Assembly: GCA_048941385.1 (NCBI GenBank)
Contig: JBHLNR010000002.1
Span: 1,506-65,505 of the forward strand
Length of the DNA stretch: 64,000 bases
From: Promethearchaeota archaeon
GTDB lineage: Archaea; Asgardarchaeota; Lokiarchaeia; Sigyniarchaeales; SOKP01
Direction of reading: 5' to 3'
This document shows, in pieces, positions 57,175-64,000 of this stretch. Each line of letters begins with the position of its first letter. The first letter of the stretch is position 1. The translations under genes were made by a program, and so were the position numbers. The notes below the pieces were generated by a model that saw only the letters and a program-made list of their open reading frames with translations, did no database searches and was not told where the DNA came from.

Positions 57175-58209
57175 ATGGAAACTGAATTAATATATGTAAA
57201 TAAAAAATCGGGAATACCGCTTTATGGGATAGATTATATTGGAATAATTGACAGGGGAACTAATATCATAGAACTAAAACCATTGACACTATGCAATCTA
57301 AAATGTAAATATTGTTTTGTAAGTGCTGGTGCTTATGACAATAATTTTATAGTAGACCATAATTATTTAATCGAGAATCTAGACACAATCATAGAAAATA
57401 AAGGAAGACACAATATCGAAATCCATATAGCTCCATATGGGGAAATTCTACTTTATCCTAAAATTATTGAATTAATTGATAATCTATGGAAAATTAAAGG
57501 AATAGAAATAATTTCCATACAATCTAATGGATTGCTCCTTAATCAGGAGATCATTAAAAAGCTCGAAGAAGTAGGTCTAACACGCATCAATATTAGCCTT
57601 AATTCTTTAGATCAAGAGAAGTCATACTATTTATCTAACTCAAAGAGTTTTAATATTGAATCTCTTCTAAAAAATATAAGATCCCTTCTAAACACCAAAA
57701 TCAATATCTTAATTGCTCCTGTTTGGTTTCCAGGAGAAAATGACGAAGATATCGAGGATATTATTAAATTTGTAATTGATTTAAGAGATCAGGGTTATTC
57801 AGAAAAAAAAATTCAGATTGGTATTCAAAAATATTTAATTTATAAAACTGGAAGAAAACTAAAAAAAATAAGGCCAAAAAGCTGGGATTATTTCTATAAA
57901 CAATTATCCAAATTAGAAAAAAAATATAAGATAAAACTAAAACTTGGCCCTAAAGATTTCGATATTCATAAACGGAAAAATGTCGTTACTTTAGATGTTA
58001 AAAAGAATGAATTAATAAAACTGACAATTGTTTCTAAGGGTCGATGGAAAAATGAATTTATTGGAAAAATTGATGAAAATTATGGAATAAAAGTACTTGT
58101 CAATGAACCATCAATCACATCTGAAAATATTATTGGTAAGACCATTACCGCAAGAATAATAAAAGCAAACTATAAAGATAATATTTTAACCGCCGTGTTT
58201 CCAATATAA
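57175..58209 (+). CDS. Radical SAM protein
   Basis: Canonical CNLKCKYC (CxxxCxxC) near the N-terminus. It starts 9 nt after the pelota stop codon. Confidence 0.7.
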   Translation: METELIYVNKKSGIPLYGIDYIGIIDRGTNIIELKPLTLCNLKCKYCFVSAGAYDNNFIVDHNYLIENLDTIIENKGRHNIEIHIAPYGEILLYPKIIELIDNLWKIKGIEIISIQSNGLLLNQEIIKKLEEVGLTRINISLNSLDQEKSYYLSNSKSFNIESLLKNIRSLLNTKINILIAPVWFPGENDEDIEDIIKFVIDLRDQGYSEKKIQIGIQKYLIYKTGRKLKKIRPKSWDYFYKQLSKLEKKYKIKLKLGPKDFDIHKRKNVVTLDVKKNELIKLTIVSKGRWKNEFIGKIDENYGIKVLVNEPSITSENIIGKTITARIIKANYKDNILTAVFPI

Positions 58210-58303
58210 ACTTAAATATTAAAAATGCTATATAAATCAAAATAAATTATCTTATAAGATTCATTTCATAGATTTTAAAAAATTATTGAGAGATTAAACT
58301 AAT

Positions 58304-58927
58304 ATGAGTCCAATTATCACGCATGAGGACGAGCTTATTCTCGCCAAGTCTGAGAAAGAATTGGCTTCTCAGCTGAAAAAACTGTCTAGAGCACAAAGTT
58401 CCTTAATTAATTCCCAAATAAAGTATGCAGAAGATATTTCAAAAGCAAATGTTACAAGAGAAATGTTAAATCGAACTTTTAGAGACGTTCTAAAACAAAT
58501 GCAAACACTTGCCCGAGAACATAGATCTAACATCAAGGATGAAGAAGTGAAGTTATATCAAGAAATTATTAGGGAAAATGATGACTATATTAAAGGTAAT
58601 AACACTTATTTAAACGCAGTTAAAGATTTAGCAGTGCAAAAAGAATATTTAGTTGCGAAAAAAGATGAATTTGTAGATGCGTTATCTGATTTAGCAAGTA
58701 AACGATCTGTGGTAATTAAAAAAGCCTTAGATGTTGAAAAAGCAAAAAATAAATTAATTGATGGCGATAAATTAAATATTCTTGACCAAGAATTGAATGA
58801 TGTCCAAAGAGATTTCGATAGAGCTCGAGATATATTTCTTAAGAAAATCCATCAATTTAAAGAGGTTAGAGACGAAATAAATGCCTTATGGCTTAAGTTA
58901 AAAGAAACTATTAAGGAATTAAGCTAA
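58304..58927 (+). CDS. All-alpha coiled-coil protein, function unknown
   Basis: 207 aa with a heptad-like K/E/L-rich sequence throughout. No enzymatic motif recognised. Confidence 0.5.
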   Translation: MSPIITHEDELILAKSEKELASQLKKLSRAQSSLINSQIKYAEDISKANVTREMLNRTFRDVLKQMQTLAREHRSNIKDEEVKLYQEIIRENDDYIKGNNTYLNAVKDLAVQKEYLVAKKDEFVDALSDLASKRSVVIKKALDVEKAKNKLIDGDKLNILDQELNDVQRDFDRARDIFLKKIHQFKEVRDEINALWLKLKETIKELS

Positions 58928-59057
58928 AATAAAAATATTATTCTTTTTTTCTAATAATATCAAAACTTCCTTCCTATGCTTAGACTTAAATTTATTAAAT
59001 AAAAATCTATATAATTAATAGATAGATTATAATTGAAATTATAAAAATTGTAGAAAA

Positions 59058-59528
59058 ATGTGTGCAGAAGAATTCGCTTCGTTTATGGATAGTACAAGAA
59101 AAGCACCGATGGAAGAAAAACTAAATGCGTTTGGTGAAATTGTTGAAAAAATAATGCAAATTGTTTTAAAAATACCCGATCTAGTAGACCAAAGCTTGCA
59201 AGGTATTAATTCAAAGGTTTCCAATTTGCAAAATCAAATTAATGCTGTAAGTGGTGATATTAGAGCGTTAAAATCAGGTTCTGGAATAACATCAGCAGCC
59301 TCTGCACCTTCAGCAGCTACATCTGCACCGGGAGGTCCGCCTGGAGGACCACCTAGAAGTGTTCCACCTCCCCCTGGTGCTCCGCCTGGAGGACCACCTG
59401 GAGGACCACCTGGAGGACCACCTGGAGGATCTGGCCCTGCTAGACCCGCAAGTCCTGTATCTCTTAGAGGTGCAATAATGGGTGAGCTTAAACAACTGTT
59501 CGCCAAGCGGAAGGAACAATCTGGTTAA
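59058..59528 (+). CDS. Coiled-coil / polyproline / C-terminal amphipathic (WH2-like) helix protein
   Basis: 156 aa. An N-terminal helical region is followed by APGGPPGGPPRSVPPPPGAPPGGPPGGPPGGPPGG and then SLRGAIMGELKQLFAKRKEQSG at the C-terminus. Confidence 0.6.
   Translation: MCAEEFASFMDSTRKAPMEEKLNAFGEIVEKIMQIVLKIPDLVDQSLQGINSKVSNLQNQINAVSGDIRALKSGSGITSAASAPSAATSAPGGPPGGPPRSVPPPPGAPPGGPPGGPPGGPPGGSGPARPASPVSLRGAIMGELKQLFAKRKEQSG
59329..59432 (+). repeat. GC-rich tandem 12-nt coding repeat (CCTGGAGGACCA, encoding PGGP)
   Basis: About 3.5 perfect tandem units lie at 59385-59432, with a related copy at 59337-59354. This is the only strongly GC-rich patch in this part of the window, and all six frames are locally open. 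Confidence 0.8.
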
Positions 59529-59678
59529 GAAATCCATCAATACTTCAAAACCGAAGAATCTAATTGTTTGTTTAGAAAATTCCACTTTTTTTTAAATCAT
59601 TACAGATTTGTTAAAATCCAAATCTCTTCTATATTAAAAATGAGATAAAAATTTCAAATTAGGTTATAAATATTTAAC

Positions 59679-60269
59679 TCAAAATTCTAGAAAACCTGGA
59701 TCATCAAAGATATCTTCTATTTTTCTTTCTTTCTTTATTTTTGTATCGCTTTCAGCGAATAATGATTCTTCATCAGTTTTTACTCCCCTTTCAAGTTCAT
59801 CCGTTTCAAGTCTCAAAAGTGCGTCTTTCTCAAGTTTTTTATAATGTTCACTTCTCATTTTCCACTCATTTACCTCATCCAGGTTGACATCTTCTTCTTC
59901 TAGTAGTACTGCAGCTTTTGTTTTACAAAGATCTGATAAAATTGAGTAAGATAACGCAAGTTCACCCCATTCATTCTCTTCTTTTAATTTTTGAATTCGC
60001 TTCTCTAAACGTTGGAGCTCTTGATCGGCGTAATATATATCTATAAAATCTCCAAAAGCATCAACTGGTTCTGAGATAGAATTTACTAATACTTCCTTTG
60101 TCAAACCGCAGTTTCCACATTTTACTGTTGCAAAAGCACCTTTCTTCTTAATATCTGTGACTTTTACAGATTTTTCACCACACTCAGGGCAGGTAAAAAT
60201 TTTAGGTACTCTTTTAACTCTTTTTGGAGTAACTTGTTTTCTTTTCCGACGTCCCATATATAATATCAC
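59679..60269 (-). CDS. elf1: Transcription elongation factor Elf1 homologue with a ~110-aa acidic coiled-coil C-terminal extension
   Basis: Basic N-terminus MGRRKRK..PKRVKRVPKIFTCPECGEKSV...VKCGNCGL...EPVDAFGDFIDIYY matches the Elf1 zinc-ribbon core (CPxC...CxxCG...PIDVYSDWID) as I recall it. Confidence 0.7.
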   Translation of the reverse strand: MILYMGRRKRKQVTPKRVKRVPKIFTCPECGEKSVKVTDIKKKGAFATVKCGNCGLTKEVLVNSISEPVDAFGDFIDIYYADQELQRLEKRIQKLKEENEWGELALSYSILSDLCKTKAAVLLEEEDVNLDEVNEWKMRSEHYKKLEKDALLRLETDELERGVKTDEESLFAESDTKIKKERKIEDIFDDPGFLEF

Positions 60270-60385
60270 TAATAGATTTGAAATTATTAATAAGAATAAA
60301 AGCTAAATTTCTAAATTATTAAATAGAAGCAAGAACTAAAAATTTTTGCTTTTCTATTAACTGGATTTAGAAAAATTTTTTAGGA

Positions 60386-61561
60386 ATGGTTAATTACTTC
60401 AAATACTCTTTTTCACTAAAATGTTTTCAGAGTTTAAAAATAAGTGAGTGGATTTTAGGTATGGAGCATAAAGCCTTAACAATGGAAGATGACGCAAAAT
60501 TAATAGATACCATCATGGACGACATTGATATGAGATATATAGTGCTTTTCCTATACGTAATTAGAAATGATTTACTTAAGGATTTAGCTGATACTGAACT
60601 CATAGAATCTTACAACCGTATTTTATTATTAGACGAGATTTATAAAAGTAATATTGTCAAATTCTGGGAGGAAGAATTTATTGAAATTTATATTGACTTA
60701 GGATTGATTAAGAATATTCGCAGTATGAGAGAATTTAAACAAAAAGAGGATGACTTTATAGTAAAAATAGGAGAAGAAACAATAACAATTGAACACGACA
60801 CAATCTCTGTTCCGGATGATACCTTGTTCTTGATAATAAATAAGAAGTTTAAATTTTTAACGAGAAGAAATTTTAATCTAGCACTCACAAGATTAAAGGG
60901 GGTAAGATGTGAAAAGAGTAACGTTGTACACTCATTAATATACGAAATTGGAGAACATGACTATACATTAGCAAATGATTTATATTATATTTTAGATCAG
61001 TTTGGAAATATCTATCAAGTAATTAAAATAGAGATAACTATTGAAGGATTTTATCAGAGATTTAAGGAAATTGAAGAGAAGGTCAATGAATTCATAAATA
61101 TATTCGACCCGATTTTTAATACAAAACCCGCGTTAAAGAAAATTAATAATGCAATTGAAGAAAATAAAGATATTATTAACTATTTAAAAGATGAGAATGT
61201 TGAATTGTCAGATAAGTTCAATTTCGATAACATAAATAAACAAGAGCCCATTTATACTGATTGGCTTTCTAAATTAGACTATTTACTAAAAACTAGGCAT
61301 CAATTAAATGAAATAGAAAAAAAAATCCTTGAATTAAAAAACTATTATTCAGGGAAGGATAAAAAATTCAAATATCTTGAATTCATTGAAAAGGTTACCT
61401 ATAATGAAGAAGATATACTAAATAATATTCAAAAAATACTAGTTGATCTTAGAAAAGAAGTAATGAGTATTAACGATCAAATGACAGAATTAACTAAGAA
61501 AGATATAAAATTATTAAATTTGGATTTTGAAAGATTCATAATCACTAACAGCGAAGATTAA
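60386..61561 (+). CDS. Hypothetical protein (first gene of an uncharacterised operon)
   Basis: 391-aa ORF with a coiled-coil-like C-terminal third. No motif recognised. The true start may be an internal Met (MEHKALT). Confidence 0.5.
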   Translation: MVNYFKYSFSLKCFQSLKISEWILGMEHKALTMEDDAKLIDTIMDDIDMRYIVLFLYVIRNDLLKDLADTELIESYNRILLLDEIYKSNIVKFWEEEFIEIYIDLGLIKNIRSMREFKQKEDDFIVKIGEETITIEHDTISVPDDTLFLIINKKFKFLTRRNFNLALTRLKGVRCEKSNVVHSLIYEIGEHDYTLANDLYYILDQFGNIYQVIKIEITIEGFYQRFKEIEEKVNEFINIFDPIFNTKPALKKINNAIEENKDIINYLKDENVELSDKFNFDNINKQEPIYTDWLSKLDYLLKTRHQLNEIEKKILELKNYYSGKDKKFKYLEFIEKVTYNEEDILNNIQKILVDLRKEVMSINDQMTELTKKDIKLLNLDFERFIITNSED

Positions 61562-61563
61562 CC

Positions 61564-62526
61564 TTGAAGTGTCCTTCATGTAATATAGAAATGGAATCAT
61601 TGGTTGCGGGAATTTTTCAATGCCCTCAATGTAGAAAGATAGTTAAAGAGAAGGGAAAAGAAAGTGCAGCCGAAAAATCAAAAATAGAGGAAGGTGAATT
61701 TCAAGACGGTGAGTATTATCATAAAAATGCCAGTTTAAATAAACAATATGAGGTTTGTGAAAAAGGCATTACAATTAGTAAAACAGAAAATCGGCTCTTT
61801 GCAGCTTTAATTTGCCATAGTGGTTATCTGAAAGAAGAAAAATACGTAAGGTTGTCCTGGTGGAAAAATTTGCAACATGCCGGTATGTTAAAAGTCTACG
61901 ATAAAGAGGTTCTTAACAATACTATTATTGCTTTAGAGAAAATCGATGAAACTTTTGATGAAATTTGGAATTGGAGTGGAAATTATGGAAAAAAAGAAAC
62001 AAAATCAAAGGAAGATTTAGAAAAAGAAAAAATGCTAGAAATTATCAAATATAGGATTATCGAAAATAAAACCTGCCCAAAATGTGGGAAGAAGATGGAC
62101 AAAATGAAGTCGCATTATGAGTGTCAACATTGTGGAGAAATAGTAATATTAGAAGGATATAATCAACCAATCTTCAATATCCCATCAAACGAACTTGATC
62201 TAGGATTTCATGGAAATTTCCCTATTAACTTCTACTTCCCCGTAAGTGGGATAACAGTAAAATGGCTGATGGGAGAATGGAAAGCTTTAGTAGTAATTTA
62301 CTCAAAAGATAATCCCAACAGAAAATGGCTAAGATTTTACTGGTGGGTACGAGATCTTAGCAATATTTTAAGGTATGGACAAAGAGAAATGGGGGAAGGT
62401 ACTCAAATGGGGTGGAAAACCCAAAAAGGTGTATCCTCTCCGAATATTTATGACAAAAAGGTAATAAAACCCTTAATTAGTGCTCTGAAAAAAATTTCAA
62501 AAGAATTAAACTGGGAATTAAATTAA
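61564..62526 (+). CDS. Hypothetical protein with an internal duplication: two zinc-ribbon plus WW-containing-domain modules
   Basis: CPSC..CPQC and CPKC..CQHC ribbons are each followed by a K[YW][VL]R[LF]xWW ... YDK.V......AL.KI......NW domain. The TTG start is 3 nt after the upstream stop. Confidence 0.55.
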   Translation: MKCPSCNIEMESLVAGIFQCPQCRKIVKEKGKESAAEKSKIEEGEFQDGEYYHKNASLNKQYEVCEKGITISKTENRLFAALICHSGYLKEEKYVRLSWWKNLQHAGMLKVYDKEVLNNTIIALEKIDETFDEIWNWSGNYGKKETKSKEDLEKEKMLEIIKYRIIENKTCPKCGKKMDKMKSHYECQHCGEIVILEGYNQPIFNIPSNELDLGFHGNFPINFYFPVSGITVKWLMGEWKALVVIYSKDNPNRKWLRFYWWVRDLSNILRYGQREMGEGTQMGWKTQKGVSSPNIYDKKVIKPLISALKKISKELNWELN

Positions 62527-62547
62527 TATAAAAATCGAGAAAAAACA

Positions 62548-63687
62548 ATGGGAGAAATTCAAGATACTACCTGGAAAACAATACTGAGTGATTTTGAAAA
62601 TGGCCTCGAAAAAGCCATTGAAGAATTACAAAAACGAGATGTAGAAAACATTCCAGGTGCTAAAGAGGCACTCATTCAAAGACTTAATGATATGAAACTT
62701 CACTTTCCAAGAAATGATGGGGAAATCTTTATACAATCAATAAATGAGAAAATACAAAACGCATTTTTCCCTAATACTAAAAATTATTCTGAAGCATTTG
62801 AAAAAATTCTAAAATCAAGAACTCATGAGCAAGATTTCATAATAAATGAATTACTGAATGGATTTGTAACTTCCAAAGCTAAAGTTATCGCCTCCGACTC
62901 TCAAGGACCAATAATAGATAGAATGGTGGAAGCATTCAGTAAAAGAAATGATTTTCATATTGTTGATCATCAATTTTTCGCAATGTTTGGCAACCCAAAT
63001 AAACCTAGGCATTACATTCAAAAGCAACTTGAAGAATTAGTGAAAATGTTTGGGCTTATATCAAAAGAACTTGTAATTGAAAAAGATGTAAGAAGGAGCG
63101 AGGAAAAAGTATATACATTTTATACCTTCCCGCCTGAAATAATAAAAATTCTTGAAGAAAAATATCTGATTATAGATGAGGAATTAGGGTATGCTTATGT
63201 CTCAGAAGAATTTGATAGAAATGTGTTTATGTGCATGTTTTTAGCTAATGTTGCCATCTATCGTGATGATCTCGATAAAATAGGAGGATCATATACAATT
63301 AATGGTATTTCAGCTATTTTTGCTTTAATATTGTTATTAAGTTTCATGCCTAAATTATCTGTAGATGAGACAAATCCGATTTTAAATGACCCCACTTTTA
63401 AAGCAGAGAATATGAGTGTTATTCCGAAATCATGGATGATAAAACAAGTTTTAGAACCTTTATTTGAACCCCTCATTAAAATTGTGGCATATAGAGTAGG
63501 GGGAGGTTTATGGTTCTCAAAAATAGTGGATTCTGAAATCAATAAAAGAATCCATAATCAGATAAGATTTCTCCTTAAGGATGTAAATAAATGGATTTTA
63601 GGGAATTTATGTAGAGTAGAGATACCAATTTTTGTAGAAATCTCCAACATCTTCACTGAGGTTTTAGTAGGATATGATGAGGAGTGA
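62548..63687 (+). CDS. Hypothetical protein
   Basis: 379-aa ORF, 21 nt after the previous gene. It has one hydrophobic segment (ISAIFALILLLSF). No motif recognised. Confidence 0.5.
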   Translation: MGEIQDTTWKTILSDFENGLEKAIEELQKRDVENIPGAKEALIQRLNDMKLHFPRNDGEIFIQSINEKIQNAFFPNTKNYSEAFEKILKSRTHEQDFIINELLNGFVTSKAKVIASDSQGPIIDRMVEAFSKRNDFHIVDHQFFAMFGNPNKPRHYIQKQLEELVKMFGLISKELVIEKDVRRSEEKVYTFYTFPPEIIKILEEKYLIIDEELGYAYVSEEFDRNVFMCMFLANVAIYRDDLDKIGGSYTINGISAIFALILLLSFMPKLSVDETNPILNDPTFKAENMSVIPKSWMIKQVLEPLFEPLIKIVAYRVGGGLWFSKIVDSEINKRIHNQIRFLLKDVNKWILGNLCRVEIPIFVEISNIFTEVLVGYDEE

Positions 63688-63709
63688 AATAAGGAGGAGG
63701 TGAGTAAAC

Positions 63710-64000
63710 ATGAGCTATAAGAAAAAATCAACGAGGACGGTAAAACCTGGAAGAAAAAGAGAAAAATGGACTGATATTCTTCCCAGATATCTAACATTCA
63801 TAAGTCATATGCGCCCTATTCTAAGAGAAACTCGGAGAATAATTATTGATTTAGATCCTGATCTACTTCTTGACACCGAAATACTAGATAAAATCCGTCA
63901 GGAGGAAGAAAAAAGAAATATACGCAAGGTTAGAGCCCTCTCAGAATTCTCGGCTATGTATAGATCAAATGTCTATGAGATAATTAAAGATTTTATTATA
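63710..64000 (+). CDS. Hypothetical protein, 3' truncated by the window end
   Basis: ATG at 63710 is preceded by a strong SD-like AAGGAGGAGGTGA. The frame is open to nt 64000 (97 codons). The N-terminus is basic (MSYKKKSTRTVKPGRKREK). Confidence 0.45.
   Translation, partial: MSYKKKSTRTVKPGRKREKWTDILPRYLTFISHMRPILRETRRIIIDLDPDLLLDTEILDKIRQEEEKRNIRKVRALSEFSAMYRSNVYEIIKDFII

Noticed and set aside
59329-59432. The tandem repeats, considered as a possible CRISPR or minisatellite locus.
   Set aside because: The units are 12 nt, directly abutting with no spacers, in frame and coding for PGGP. This is not CRISPR-like. No CRISPR array or cas gene is visible anywhere in the window.
59234-59585. Two minus-strand ORFs (59234..59506 of 90 aa and 59310..59585 of 91 aa) that overlap the Pro-rich gene.
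   Set aside because: They exist only because the GC-rich GGACCACCTGGA repeat lacks stop codons in every frame. Their products are pure G/P or R/S low complexity (GGPPGGPPGG..., SSRWSSRWSSRW...). The plus-strand frame has a sensible N-terminal domain and start context.
8186-61566. The unusually many non-ATG starts in the ORF track (GTG 8186 and 12409; TTG 38677, 43564, 47709, 56083 and 61564), considered as a possible biological signal.
   Set aside because: Most are probably longest-ORF artefacts with an internal ATG or alternative start nearby. Only 61564 (which preserves the first zinc ribbon) and 56083 (which preserves the Pelota N-terminus) look required.

Overview
This is a very AT-rich (roughly 30% G+C by eye, not computed), densely coding archaeal chromosomal segment. 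I call about 60 protein genes and three tRNA genes. I saw no rRNA, CRISPR array, transposase, integrase or other mobile element.

The core is information-processing machinery:
- Transcription and RNA modification: rpoH-rpoB, TFE, Elf1, MBF1 and Cbf5.
- Protein folding, turnover and ribosome rescue: NAC, PAN and Pelota.
- tRNA splicing: RtcB and archease.
- Replication: divergent PolD DP2/DP1, a SWIM-like protein, Orc1/Cdc6 and an adjacent AT-rich gap that is a candidate origin.
- Nucleotide supply: class III ribonucleotide reductase.

There is also an acyl-CoA cluster (ADP-forming acyl-CoA synthetase alpha, 4-hydroxybutyryl-CoA dehydratase-like, MaoC and PaaI hot-dog proteins), four radical-SAM proteins and a molybdopterin oxidoreductase.

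Several eukaryote-like signature proteins point to an Asgard (Lokiarchaeia-like) archaeon; this placement is inference. They are three Rab/Ras-like small GTPases (one fused to a Roadblock/LC7 domain, one with a ~380-aa disordered tail and a zinc ribbon), a longin/sigma-adaptin-like protein and Elf1.

All three tRNA genes carry introns at non-canonical positions. tRNA-Leu has two introns that share a 9-mer.

The most interesting leads are:
- An unannotated 51-codon ORF (55796-55951) that matches the WH2 actin-binding consensus with exact spacing.
- A 156-aa protein (59058-59528) with a polyproline tract followed by a WASP-WH2-like C-terminal helix, the layout of eukaryotic actin nucleation-promoting factors.
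- A tightly coupled operon of at least four uncharacterised genes (60386 to the window end).

All homology calls are by-eye motif recognition; no searches were run.
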